A stretch of 64,000 bases of DNA from Octopus sinensis (taxonomy: Eukaryota). The position numbers and the translations under genes were made by a program. Every line of letters begins with the position of its first letter. Within the stretch, counting starts at the first letter, position 1. Below are positions 14,392 to 26,835 of the stretch, piece after piece. Location of the stretch: assembly GCF_006345805.1 (NCBI RefSeq), contig NC_043002.1, forward strand, positions 48,732,001-48,796,000, read 5' to 3'. The notes under the pieces are model-generated. The model was not told where the DNA came from and did no database searches. It was given only the letters and a program-made list of their open reading frames with translations.

Positions 14392-15040
14392 ATCATCATC
14401 ATCATCATTTAACGTCCGTTTTCCAAGCTAGCATGGGTTGGACGGTTTGACCGGGGTCTGGGAAGCCAGGAGGCTACACCAGGCTCCAGTCTACACCAGG
14501 CTCCAGTCTACACCAGGCTCCAGTCTACACCAGGCTCCAGTCTACACCAGGCTCCAGTCTACACCAGGCTCCAGTGTTTCTACAGCTGTTTCTTCCTAAT
14601 GCCAACCACTCTGTTAGTGTAGTGGGTGCTTTTTACATACCACTGGCACAGGTGCCAGGGGAAGCTGGAAGCAGCCACAATCAGTTGGTGCTTTTTACGT
14701 GCCACCGGCACAGAAGCCAGTCAAGGCAGTGTTGGCATCGGCCATGTTCGGATAGTGCTTTTTACGTGCCATCGGCACAGGTATCACAACTACAATTTCC
14801 ATTTGATATTTATTTTATGTTGATGTACTTGACTCAATAGGTCTCTTCAAGCACAGCAGGTCACATGCCACAGGCACAGAAGTCAGTCAAGGTGGCGCTC
14901 GTATCGGCCACGTTTGGATGGTGCTTTTTACACGCCGCCAGCACAGGTATCACAACTATAATTTCCATTTGATATTTAGTTTGATGTTGATGTACTTGAC
15001 TCAATAGGTCTCCCCAAGCACAGCAGGTCACCCTACGATC
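14392..15040 (-). mobile_element. 3'-end fragment of the RTE family at 19864-24098
   Basis: (CAT)n tail followed by TTTAACGTCCGTTTTCCA.GCTAGCATGGGTTGG is the reverse complement of 24040-24098. More fragments near 28105-28350, 30375-30530, 38680-38850, 39290-39510, 41540-41590, 43620-43682, 54790-55160, 62310-62480. Confidence 0.85.
14474..14575. repeat. perfect 17-bp minisatellite, 6 copies (CTACACCAGGCTCCAGT)
   Basis: Counted directly. Confidence 0.95.
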
Positions 15041-16602
15041 CAAGGTATATAAATGTATATATTTTATTCTTTTACTTGTTTCACTCATTTGACTCTGACC
15101 ATGCTGGAGCACCACCTTTAGTCAAACAAATCAACCCCAGGACTTATTGTAAGCCTAGTACTTATTCTATCGGTCTCTTTTGCTGAACCTCTAAATTACG
15201 AAGATGTAAACACAACATCAGTTGTCAAGTGATGGAGGGGGAACAAACGCAGACACATACATACATACATACATACATACATACGTACATACATACATAC
15301 ATACACACACAGATATATATTCTTTTACTCTTTTATTCTTTTACTTGTTTCAGTCATTTGACTGCTGCCATGCTGGAGCACTGCCTTTAGTCAAGCAAAT
15401 CAACCCCTGGACTCATTCTTTGTAAGCCTAGCACTTATTCTATCATTGTCTTTTGCCGAGCTGCTAAGTTACGAGGATGTAAACACACCAGCATTGGTTA
15501 TCAAGCTATGTTGGGGGGACAGACACAGACACACACACACACATACATACACATGTATACGACGGGCTTCTTTCCGTTTCCGTCTACCAAAAGAAAAAAA
15601 AAATTCCTTTCCTGATTTCCATGAATGAATTGTAGTGATGTGTTTTGTTTGCGTAAATTTGAGACAAAGGCAAGAACTTGTATTAGTACTTTTCTTATTT
15701 CTTTCACCCCACATTGTTTTTTTTTGCTTTTATTTGTTAGTGATGCTACATCTACTTCTTTTTATTTTGTTGTAAGAAGCACAATGGTTTTGAGGTTAAC
15801 AAGTTGAACTGCTGACCATATTATGTGGCTTATAACAGAGTGCTGCAAGGCAAGGTACATAACTCTGCTTGGTTAACATGAATGAAAGAATCTCGATATA
15901 AAAACAATTGTTCTTCGTAAATTATTTAAACTTCCCCCTCTCCTTCTGTAAAAATATATGGGCTAATAATTAAATAGATAAATAAAAACAATAAAAAACA
16001 AAGTCTATCTAGTATAGGAAAGGGAGGAAATCAAGGTGAGATATGTTAGTATTAACTTAGCTATTCCTATAAAGCAGATGGTGCCTCTGTGTACTTTCTC
16101 CAAGTGATTCTATAGAGAGATATTCTAATTTTCTCATCACTATTTCAGCAAATACAGTGAAGGCTATACTTCATTGAAAAGGTTTAATAAGATCAAAACA
16201 TGTTTGGAGTTGTCTCCCATATGGGACTAAAAGATTAGAATAGTATTAGTCATTTAATGAATATTATCTTTTCCTCACCACATTAGTGTTTTGATGTTCA
16301 TTACATTAACTATATTAGCATTAACTCAACAAGTGTGATTGCAGTTAAGTCTAAACTGTTACAAGTTGGTACTTGGGAAGGAAATATGAATGAGTTACCG
16401 CCAAAGAGATACAATTTTGAGAAAAGAAAATAATAGACTAAGTAAATTGTTTAATATTATTATCATTGCTTAATATATTACCGAGATGTACTTGCATAAC
16501 GAGATAGACGATACAAAGAAAACAAGGACGGGTCATTTGAAGTTTTCTTTCATCAGTCAAGCACCAGATTATCCTTGCAATTTCGGCTGATTATATATAT
16601 GT

Positions 16603-16633
<31 letters not shown>

Positions 16634-16909
16634 CATGCATGTGTATGTATTGGTGGAGTTTACATGGTCCCATCATTAATTCCATCTTAGCTTAGGACAG
16701 ACAGTTTTGCAAAGCTGAATATTTGTAAGAAGTGAATGTCATTTTACAACCGGTTGTTTCAATTCTCAATGCCTCAAATCTTTAAATGTAAGTAAATATA
16801 CTATCTTCATCCAGACTGTTCTTCTTTATTCATACTAGGGGCACCGAGACAGGTAGTAGATAAAATCAGTAGTAGGTTACTTGTAGAAAAGTGAATTTGT
16901 TTTACTTAC

Positions 16910-17016
16910 TATCTACATGAGATTTGCGTAATTTCTGTAAGTCTCCGGCATGACAGAATTCATACAAGACCTTGTTTGTTAAATCTTCAGCTGTAAGATC
17001 CATCATGTCAGAAATG
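16910..17016 (-). CDS. trh: trh-like exon, PAS-B (ISDMMDLTAEDLTNKVLYEFCHAGDLQKLRKSHVD)
   Basis: Own translation (not in the ORF track). Acceptor tttttAG, donor A|GTAAGT, 107 nt, phase 2 in and 1 out, consistent with both neighbours. Confidence 0.93.
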
Positions 17017-17391
17017 CTAAAAAATATAAGCAGTTGAAAACATTACAATATATTCAAAAAAATTACTTAGCTGTGTAGTTAAGAAGTTTATAACCATATG
17101 TTTATAACCAAGTGTCTTCAGTCATCATACTTTGTGCTTGTCTTGTTCAGTCAGTTATCATAGTGAGCTTAGTAGTGTTCTAGAATGTTCATGATGTGTC
17201 TAAGGTGTTTGTGAGTGTCTTAATAAGAGGTTGCAGAATCTATGTGAGTCAGAGTAAATTGTAACAATGGCTTGTGCTTCTTTCCTGGGTAAGTGGGAGA
17301 CCACTTTTTGCTGTAACCACTCAGTTGAAGTCACTCACACAACCACACATACATCTCTCTCTCTCTTATTCTCTTTTTGTGTGTGCGTGCG

Positions 17392-17459
<68 letters not shown>

Positions 17460-17693
17460 TATATATGTATGTATATATATAATATCTATATATATATATA
17501 ATATATTGATCACTAGCCACTAAACCTTTTTTTATTTTCTCTCTTTGTTATTTCTGTGTTCCTTTCTGTTGAAGAATGTAGGCTCAAAACGTAAAATACT
17601 TTCTCATTTCCTGAGCTTTAAATTAATACATCTGTTTGTTGTTTATACACCCGTCTTCGTCTTTTGTTTTTTTGTTTGTTTTTGGGAAATTCC

Positions 17694-17728
<35 letters not shown>

Positions 17729-17799
17729 GTAATAAGATAAAACACCAAGGCTGTCACTTTAGGTCACTTTAAATAAAAACCTTTGACTCTGCAACACTG

Positions 17800-18230
17800 T
17801 ATATAAATTCCCTACTGGGAATGACCAAGTTTAAAAATCTGCTGGATCTCACTCATAAGGGAATCTTACATTACTTATAAACTCTATAAGGAAGGACCCA
17901 TTTTAAACTCTGTTGAACTTTTGAACTTTACTCATAGGATATTGGAATATTGCATATATACCATTATGCCTAAAAAATGGATTTACAACTTCAATATACA
18001 TACATATCTTTCATCTATTTTCTTTCCTCTACCTCACTCTCTATTTTGTATCACATCTAAACTAACTATGACTTAACCATCCTCTCACACCGTCTCCGAT
18101 GAAGGGATATAATCAATAAATATCCTAGAAACAGCTGTAAGACCTTCTGCCTATAAATGCTCTAATATCTACACAGCCTTGGTTTTTTATCTTATTACGC
18201 AAAAAATTCTTATATACACATGCTGACATA
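17800..18230 (+). mobile_element. Penelope-like element 3' remnant
   Basis: Short frame ...SLIRESYITYKLYKEGPILN resembles the C-terminal ES..I...LN of PLE GIY-YIG endonucleases, followed by a minimal hammerhead-like motif. Confidence 0.55.
18092..18143 (+). ncRNA. minimal type-I hammerhead-ribozyme-like motif (PLE type, variant core)
   Basis: GUCU-CCGAUGA-aGGGAUAU[9-nt loop]AUAUCCUa-GAAA-C-AGCU-G-UA/AGAC. Palindromic stem III, U4C change. Confidence 0.55.
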
Positions 18231-19144
18231 GAACCAACGTTGGACCCTTATTCGCAAAATTACCGAATCTGGAACTTAACTATGGTCCGTCTATAGCACT
18301 TATTCAGCATTACCTGACACCTTTGGGTCTCAATGACACAAGATTAGGAATGCTCAGCTGAAGATGGACGCAGGGGACAATCACACTTTCACTTGGTATG
18401 GTGTGTTATCTGAAGCACAGCGAACTGCAAGGAGTTTCAGTCCTCTGCCATTCCCTCTGTGAGTCCCAATGTCAGTAAATCCTTTCTCACCACTTCTTTC
18501 CACATCTTCCTGAGTTTACTTCTTCTACATGTTCCCTCTACAATTAGAGATCAGCACTTCTTGATGCAACTGTCTTCATTCATATGCATTACATGACTGT
18601 ACCAGTACAGTCTTCTCTCTTGCACACTACACCTGATGCCTTGTATACCCAGTTTTTCTCTCAAATCACTTACACTCTGTTATATATGCACACTGACATT
18701 ACCCATCCAGTAGAGCATACTGGATTCATTTGTTCCAAGCCATCATATATCCTCAGTAGTCATAGTCTATAACGTTATAATAATGACCACATACCTTGTT
18801 AATTACAGCTATCCAGGGTTCATTGCAGAAACATTTATTTTCCCATTTTTTTCGGCCTGAGAACAAGATGATCAAACCATTCTGTTATCAGCTTGAAAAA
18901 TGGTGAAATCAATGTTTTGGACATGAAACTCTGAGTAGCTGTAATGAACACTATTTGTGGTTTTCCTTATAACAGTGTCTTTACTCTCTTAGCTAATTAC
19001 CCATATTATGCTGGTTGGATTTATTTTAATCTGTATTAAGGATAAGAAAATCAGGAACATGACATTTGTTAAATGCTCTGCAAAATTTCTGTTAAATATG
19101 ACATCATAATGACAATAACAGAAAAACAAAATAGGAATACTTAC

Positions 19145-19338
19145 ATTGGTTCACAGTAGAGAACTGTAAAATCCGGACTTAGTCGAGTGATAAAGATATC
19201 ACTGTCAATACGCAACTCAGTAATTGTGGGTGGTGGCAAAGCTATTGCCATGCCAACTAATCCCAGGAGTGAAGGTGGATGTTTCCGGCCCATAGGGAAA
19301 CTCATATGACTACGAAGAGATGCCATGATATGAACAAC
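19145..19338 (-). CDS. trh: trh-like exon, PAS-A/PAS-B linker (VVHIMASLR...AIALPPPTITELRIDSDIFITRLSPDFTVLYCEP)
   Basis: ALPPP motif of trh/NPAS3. Acceptor cattttAG, donor AT|GTAAGT, 194 nt. Confidence 0.95.
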
Positions 19339-19863
19339 CTAAAATGAAAATTTATGCAAATAAATAATCAAATAATTTATTTAACCAGTTAGCATTCATA
19401 TTACTCTGTCAAATGTAATGTTTGTTTATTCACATAGTTTTGAATTAATCATGTATTAATTGTAGCCTTGAGATTTTGATGATGTGATTGTATATTTTTA
19501 GAATAACATTGTAGGATAAGTGTGAGAGGCTGGATCTGGCTAGTTTGAGCATTAAGCAGATTGAATATTTGAGCTGAATATGGTTGGTTTAAATACAAAA
19601 GGATTAAGATTCTTTTATATCCTTTTATTCTTTTACACGTTTCAGTCATTTGACAATGGCCATGCTAGAGCAATGCCTTTAGTCGAACAAATCGACCCCA
19701 GGACTGATTCTTTGTAAGCCCAGTACTTATTCTATTAGGCTCTTTTGCTGAACTGCTAAGTTTCAGGGACATAAACACACTATCATCAGTTGTCAAGTGA
19801 TGACAGTGGGGACAAACATAGTCAGAAAGACATACATACATAAATATATATATATATATATAT

Positions 19864-22800
19864 ACGGTTATGGTTCCCGCAACGAGGAGGGAACCAGGCT
19901 GCTGGAGTTCTGCGATGCGAATAGTCTTATGATTTGCAACACTAACTTCAGGAAACCGACAAGCCACCTGGTCACCTACCGATCGGGCAGGCCGGCATAC
20001 TAGCCAAATCGACTACATCCTTGCCAGAAAAGGGAAAGATGGCTGCTTATAAATGCCAAAACCTTCCCAGTGAAGAATGCACACCCCCACAACATAGACT
20101 GGTAGTTAGTGACTTTAGGATCAGGACTAGAGGGCGACTAGAAGACGACCAACATGGAGAAGAAGGTCTGGAAGCTTAAAGACCCTGCGAATGGACAGAG
20201 ATTTAGAGATATTTATTTGAAGCTTTAGACGAAATGGAAGGGAGTATAGCTACGCATGGGTAGAAGACAACTGGACGCTTCTGAGGGACAAACTGCTGAA
20301 AGCCGCTGACCAGATCTGTGGCTGGTGCAAAGTCCCCTTAAGACCCCAAATAACGTGGTGGTGGAACAATATTGTTGACAGGGCTATTAGACAAAAGAAA
20401 CAGGCTTGGAAGGCCTGGAAGAACGGTGGTAGCAGGGAAGTGTATCAGTCTGCCAGAAGGGAAGCCAGGAGACAGGTCTATCTAGCCAGAGGGGAAGCAG
20501 AGAAGGAAAAATTTGCCAATGTCCTGCGTCGTGAGGATGAAAGACTTGAGGTATTTCGTGTTGCAAGACAGTGTGTGAGAGGAATCGTGACGTGGTAGGA
20601 GAGAAATGTGTTCGCAAGGAGGACGGTTCACTTGCACTTAATGAGGGTGCAAAGAGAGAGACTTGGAGACGCCACTATGATAGGTTGCTGAATGAAGAAA
20701 ATGAATGGGATAAAGAGAGTCTGCCGAATGTCGACCCAACAGAGGGACCAGCAATCCGAGTTAACAGTTCCTTAGTAGATAAGGCAATTAGAAGCATGAA
20801 AACAGGAAAGCCCCAGGTCCATCAGGAATTACTGCAGAGATGCTCAAAATATCTGGTGGTGTCGGCTATAGCTTAGTCACCCGTATAGTTAACCAGTGAT
20901 ACACGAGGGGGTCATACCCAATGACTGGTGTAGCAGCATAATAGTCAACTGCTACAAAGGTAAAGGCGACGCCCTAGAGACAAATAACTACAGGGGCATC
21001 AAGCTGCTGGATCAGGTAATGAAGGTTACGGAGAGGGTTGTAGCCGAACTAATTAGAGAGAGAGTTACCTTAGATGATATGCAGTTTGGGTTCGTGCCAG
21101 GGAAAAGTACTACTGATGCTATATTCCTGGTAAGACAGCTGCAGGAGAAATACCTAGCCAAAGATAACCCTTGTACCTGGCTTTTGTTGACTTGGAGAAA
21201 GCCTTTGACAGGGTCCCCCGGTCCCTTATCTGGTGGTCAATGAGGAAACTAGGGATAGAAGAATGGTTGGTGAGAGCTGTGCAAGCCATGTACAGAGACG
21301 CTGCTAGTAAGGTGAGGGTGGGCAACGAGTACAGTGAAGAATTCCGGGTAGAGGTTGGGGTCCACCAAGGTCAGTCAGTCCTCAGTCCCCTCCTATTTAT
21401 CATAGTCCTCCAGGCAATAACGGAGGAATTCAAGACAGGTTGCCCCTGGGAGCTCCTCTATGCTGATGACCTTGCTCTAATTGCTGAGTCACTATCAGAA
21501 CTGGAGGAGAAGTTCCAGGTGTGGAAACAAGGATTAGAATCGAAGGGCCTTAGAATCAACCTAGCCAAAACCAAAGTTCTAATAAGTAGGAAGGTATCAA
21601 TCACAAACGCCTTCAGGTAGATGGCCCTGCTCGATCTGTAAAAAGGTGTAGGTAGAAACTCTATAAGATGCACCAAGTGTAAGCTATGGACACATAAGAG
21701 GTGCAGCAATGTCAAAGGAAGGCTAACTAGGAAATATTTTTGTCTGTGGCAAATGCTCAGGAGCAATAAACACTGGAATATGCAGAGACCATTCTGCCAC
21801 GTTCCAGGGAGACAAACTAGAAGTAGTTGATAGCTTCCGCTACCTAGGAGACCAAGTCAGTAGCGGGGGTGGGTGTGCTGAAAGTGTAACTGCTAGAGTA
21901 AGAATAGCCTGGGCAAAGTTTAGAGAGCTCTTACCCCTGCTGGTGACAAAAGGCCTCTCGCTCAGAGTAAAAGGCAGACTGTATGATGCATGTGTACGTA
22001 CAGCCATGCTACATGGTAGTGAAACATGGGCCGTGACTGCTGAGGATATGCGTAAGCTCGCAAGAAATGAAGCCAGTATGCTCCGATGGATGTGTAATGT
22101 CAGTGTTCATAATCGTCAGAGTGTAAGTTCCTTGAGAGAAAAGCTGAACCTAAGAAGCGTCAGTTGTGGCGTGCAAGAGAGACGGCTGCGCTGGTATGGT
22201 CATGTGACAAGAAAGGCTGAAGATAGTTGTGTGCAAAAGTGCTACACCCTAGCAGTGGAGGGAACCTGTGGAGAGAGTAGACCCAGGAAAACCTGGGACG
22301 AGGTGGTGAAGCACGACCTTCGAACTTTAGGTCTCACTAAGGAAATGTCTAGAGACCGAGACCTATGGAAGTATGCTGTGCATGAGAAGACCCGGCAAGA
22401 CTAGTCAGGCCATAACCCGTGGCCCCGACCTGGGACGTAGTCAGTCCTGTGCATACCTTCCTTCTTGTGACACTTATGAAGACCTGTTGAGGCAAGTGAA
22501 AATCAAATCAAATCAAAACAAATCAAAATAGATGAACATCAGTGGAATTGTTTCTTTGTGGTACCAGTGCCGGTGGCACACAAGAAAACCACCCAAACGT
22601 GGCCGTAACCAGTACCGCATCGACTGGCCTCCGTGCTGTGGGCACAACAAACACCATCCGATCGTGGCCGTTCGCCAGCCTCATCTGGCACCTGTGCCGG
22701 TGGCACATAAAGACACCATCCGAAGACCCGGCGACGTAGTCAGTCCACCTGTGCATACCTTCCCTCTTATGACACTTGTGAAGACCTGTTGAGGCAAGTG

Positions 22801-24098
22801 TGTGACACTTGTGAAGGCCTGTTGAGGCAAGTGAAAATCAAACCAAATCAAAATAGATGAATATCAATGGAATTTGTATCTTTGTGGTTCCAGTACCGGT
22901 GGCACACAAGAAAACCATCCGAAGTGGCCGTAGCTGGTACCGCATCGACTGGCCTCCGTGCTGTGGGCACAACAAACACCATCTGATCGTGGCCGTTCGC
23001 CAGCCTCACCTGGCACCTGTGTCGGTGGCACATAAAAACACCATCCAAAGACCCGGCGACGTAGTCAGTCCACCTGTGCATACCTTCCCTCTTATGACAC
23101 TTGTGAAGACCTGTTGAGGCAGAGGCAAGTGTGTGACACTTGTGAAGACCTGTTGAGGCAGAGGCAAGTGTGTGACACTTGTGGAGACCTGTTGAGGCAA
23201 GTGTGTGACACGCGTGACACTTGTGAAGACCTGTTGAGGCAAGTGAAAATCAAACCAAATCAAAATAGATGAACATCAATGGAATTTGTATCTTTGTGGT
23301 TCCAGTACCGGTGGCACACAAGAAAACCATCCGATCGTGGCCGTTCGCCAGCCACATCTGGCACCTGTGTCGGTGGCACATAAAGACACCATCCGAAGAC
23401 CCGGCGACGTAGACAGTCCACCTGTGCATACCTTCCTTCTTGTGACACTTGTGAAGACCTGTTGAGGCAAGTGACACTTGTGAAGACCTGTTGAGGCAAG
23501 TGAAAATCAAATCAAATCAAAACAAATCAAAATAGATGAGCATAAATGGAATTTGTATCTTTGTGGTACCAGTGCCGGTGGCACACAAGAAAATCATCCG
23601 AACGTGGCCGTAGCCAGTACCGCATAGACTGGCCTCCGTGCTTTGGGGACGTAACAAACACCATCCGATCGTGGCCGTCCGCCAGCCTCATCTGGCACCT
23701 GTGTCGGTGGCACATAAAAACACCATCCGAGCGTGGCCGTCTGCCAGCCTCGTCTGGCACCTGCCAGCCTCATCTGGCACCTGTGTCGGTGGCACATAAA
23801 AACACCATCCGAGCGTGGCCGTCTGCCAGCCTCGTCTGGCACCTGTGTCGGTGGCACATAAAAACACCATCCGAGCGTGGCCGTTCGCCAGCCTCGTCTG
23901 GCACCTGTGTCGGTGGCACATAAAATCACCCACTACACTCTCGGAGTGGTTGGCGTTAGGAAGGGCATCCAGCTGTAGAAACACTGCCAGATCTGACTGG
24001 CCTGGTGCAGCCTTCGGGCTCCCCAGACCCCAGTTGAACCGTCCAACCCATGCTAGCATGGAAAACGGACGCTAAATGATGATGATGATGATGATGAT
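19864..24098 (+). mobile_element. 5'-truncated RTE-clade LINE: end of AP endonuclease, RT, PHD-like insert, repeat-expanded 3' UTR, (TGA)n tail
   Basis: Fragments NTNFRK, QIDYIL, NYRGIKLL, QFGFVPGKST, FVDLEKAFDRVP, LLYADD, RRLRWYGH. Multiple frameshifts. Confidence 0.93.
22435..23925 (+). repeat. nested tandem array in the LINE 3' UTR: four units of about 300-350 bp, then subunits of about 60 bp
   Basis: GACGTAG(T/A)CAGTCC recurs near 22435, 22733, 23058 and 23407; ACCATCCGAGCGTGGCCG...GGCACATAAAA recurs 23660-23925. Confidence 0.9.
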
Positions 24099-24590
24099 AT
24101 ATATATATATATATATATGTGTGTGTAAATATATATATATATATACATACACAACAGGCTTCTTTTAGTTTCCGTCTACCAAATCTACTCACACGGTTTT
24201 AGTTGGTCTGAGGCTATAGTAGAAGACACTTGCCCAAGGTGCCATGCAGTGGGACTGAACCTGGAACCATGTGGTTGGGAAGTAAGCTTCTTACCACACA
24301 GCCACGCCTGCACCTATACTTTTATTTCATATTTGCACCACAGTTCAGTTTTTAATAGAAGAAGGTTATTAAATAATCTCTAACATTTTACAGGTGCATA
24401 CATGCATTATTAATAAGTCAATGGGGGAAATCCTTATTTGGTTGCTTGATTTAGGAGCTAAGTCTCACTCAAAACCAAGGTCTGTCATCTTTAAAAAAAA
24501 AGAAATGGATACATTGGATAATGCAGATTTGAGTTATGTGATGCCTGCAGAAAAAAAAAGAAAAAAAAAGGTGGAAGGGTAATGGCTTAA

Positions 24591-24810
24591 CCCTTTTGTT
24601 ACTGTATTTATTTTGAGATGCTCTGTGTTTCTTTCAATTACTTTAAATATTACAAAAAATTTAGTAAAATAGCTTAGTTATCATTCAGCTAGTGTTAGGA
24701 ACATAAATTGTGACTAAGGTTTGGTTGAAGATTTTAATTCAAAACTTATGAAAAGAAGATATTTGTACTCAGAGCCAGAGCCAGTTTCAAGTAGGCTAGT
24801 AACGAATGGG
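24591..24810. mobile_element. piggyBac-like MITE
   Basis: TTAA on both sides; termini CCCTTTTGTTAC / GTAACGAATGGG. Degenerate relatives near 35600-35820, 39155-39285, 50030-50200 and 50935-51190. Confidence 0.7.
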
Positions 24811-25245
24811 TTAAATACCTCTTGACTACAGATTTTGATCAGAGCTGACTTTGGCTTAGCAACAGCTATGACAACAACTAAGGCAGCCTCCTCATGGGAA
24901 CTCAACTAGCTAGAGAAATAGGTCTTGATCTCTGCAACAGACTGGCATCCCATTCAGAAGGAATGGTGTAATCTCAATCACTGATAGGCCATGGAAACTG
25001 GGTAACTGATCTTATGAGTCCTAGTGACTCATGAAAATTTAGAAATACAAAACAAAACAAACAAAAAAAGTGCTATAGTACTGCCAGTACAGCACACATT
25101 CACACCCACAAAAGTACAAACTCGCACACATCTCATTCACCCATGCAATAATATACTCTCTCTCTGTCACTTTTTTTTCTCTTTTTCTTTTTTCTTTCAC
25201 GTTCACTCTGAAATGAAAGTGGAAACCCATTAAAAGAAGACTTAC

Positions 25246-25355
25246 TCTGTAGCCTGAACATTTTACATGTACTCCTCTTTTAGTTAGTGTTGACTTCATT
25301 CGAACACAAAATGTTCGTGTCACTCCTTTACTTGGTGATGGGTTCATAACCTGGC
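25246..25355 (-). CDS. trh: trh-like exon, PAS-A end (CQVMNPSPSKGVTRTFCVRMKSTLTKRGVHVKCSGYR)
   Basis: FCVRMKSTLTKRG..K.SGYR is characteristic of trh/NPAS1/3/SIM. Acceptor ttttctcAG, donor AGA|GTAAGT. Confidence 0.95.
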
Positions 25356-26266
25356 CTGAGAAAAGAATAAAAAGAAAAATGATAATTATTTAAAAAAAAA
25401 AAATGAAATGAAAGTGTCTGCGATGAAAGTTTTTAGTTAGGAGACCAATATATTGGTCATGTTGCCTTTGCCACAGCATAAAGAACAACATCAGTCTTAA
25501 TGAGTTGATATCAAAGCCTCTAAGTGGATTTTCTCTGAACCTGCAAGAAATAGCAACCAAATGTCTCTCAAAGAAAGATACATTGGGTGATGTGGTCTCA
25601 GATGCACTGGGTCTTGAGAAAATGATGTCACAGATCACATCACTGTTGAAAACAACACCATCAAAATCATTGTTGTTGTTGCCACTGCTGAGGCTACTCC
25701 TATAATATCAATACAATAAGTCCCAGAGAAAATATTATTGTCTATATAATCAACTAATACCCACTGAGATAGTTTCCTAGTAGGGCCCCAATCCAATGAT
25801 TGAAACTAGTAAAAGAATAAAAGTTGCCAAATTTGAATAAAGACATGTCAGATGGAATATTCTTTTCTACTCTTGGCACAAGGCCTGAAATTTTGGGGGA
25901 GGGGGCCAATAGATTAGATCGACCCCAGTACACAACTGGTACTTAATTTATTAACCCTCACCCCCACCCAAAAGGATGAAAGGCAAAGTTGACCTTGGCG
26001 AAATTTGAATTCAGAAAGTAAAGACAGACAAAATACTGCTAAACATTTCACTCAACATGCTAACATTTCTGCTCGCCACCTTATGTCAGATGGAATATTA
26101 ACCCAAAAGTGGGTCAGCACTAGGGAGTGTGAGGCCCAATTAGAGGATTGTCAGTGGGTCTCTCTATTCTACAAAAGCCAAAAATTGACACTTTATACTT
26201 TGTGTAGTATGTCAATCCCAGCCAAAACATGTTGAAGGCTTGAGGCTCCACATTTAGCCACAATAA

Positions 26267-26519
26267 AATAATAAAATAAACGCACCCTTTTAAAGCCTAG
26301 TCAGGCTCATGGGCCTGGTTTCTATGGTGTATGTGTTCCCCAGCTGGACAGGTCGCGAGTCCTTCACAGTGTTACTCATTTTTGCCAGCTGAGTGGACTG
26401 GAGCAACATCAAATGAAGTGTTTTGCTCAAGAACACGTGTCGCCTGGTCCAGGAATCGAAACCTCAATCTTATGATCATGATGCTGACACTCTAACCACT
26501 AAGCCATGCACCTCCACCA
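26267..26519 (-). mobile_element. full-length tRNA-derived SINE, related head but different body, 13-bp TSD
   Basis: Head GGAGGTGCATGGCTTAGTGGTTAG...GGTTTCGATTCCTGGACCAGGCG, (TTTTA)n tail. TTAGCCACAATAA at 26254-26266 and 26520-26532. Confidence 0.85.
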
Positions 26520-26835
26520 TTAGCCACAATAATGTATAAAAAAATTCATCATAGTGTCATTTGTTTGAGTATGTACATGGAGCCCTCTCTTGGTGCAGTG
26601 CTCTCTCTTGACATAGGGTCTTCTCTTGGCATGGGGTCTTCTTTTGGAAAAGAGCCCAATTTAAACAAATCTGATTAAGTATCTTAAAACTTGTCCTGCC
26701 AAAAGAGTGTGTTCTCATAAGCTTTTCAGAAATTGCGTTACGTTTTCTCTGTCTATTTTCCTCTTTTAGAAGAGAGAATAGCAATGAGAAATAGTTTGCA
26801 AAATTATCTGGGACATTATTTGAAAATATACTCAC

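Noticed and set aside
16520-16560. Minus-strand CUGAUGA-AAG-AAAA-CUU motif
   Set aside because: No GAAA and no stem I complementarity.
22435-23925. CRISPR-like repeat array
   Set aside because: No unique spacers or cas genes; eukaryotic LINE 3' UTR.
25351-25357. Second AG 5 nt inside the exon acceptor (CAG|GCCAG)
   Set aside because: Using it would shift the frame relative to the phase-1 upstream exon.
25500-25620. KKDTLGDV peptide shared with ORF 27177-27371
   Set aside because: Fragments of a dispersed non-coding repeat also seen near 24430-24520, 51200-51270 and 58270-58340; not a protein repeat.
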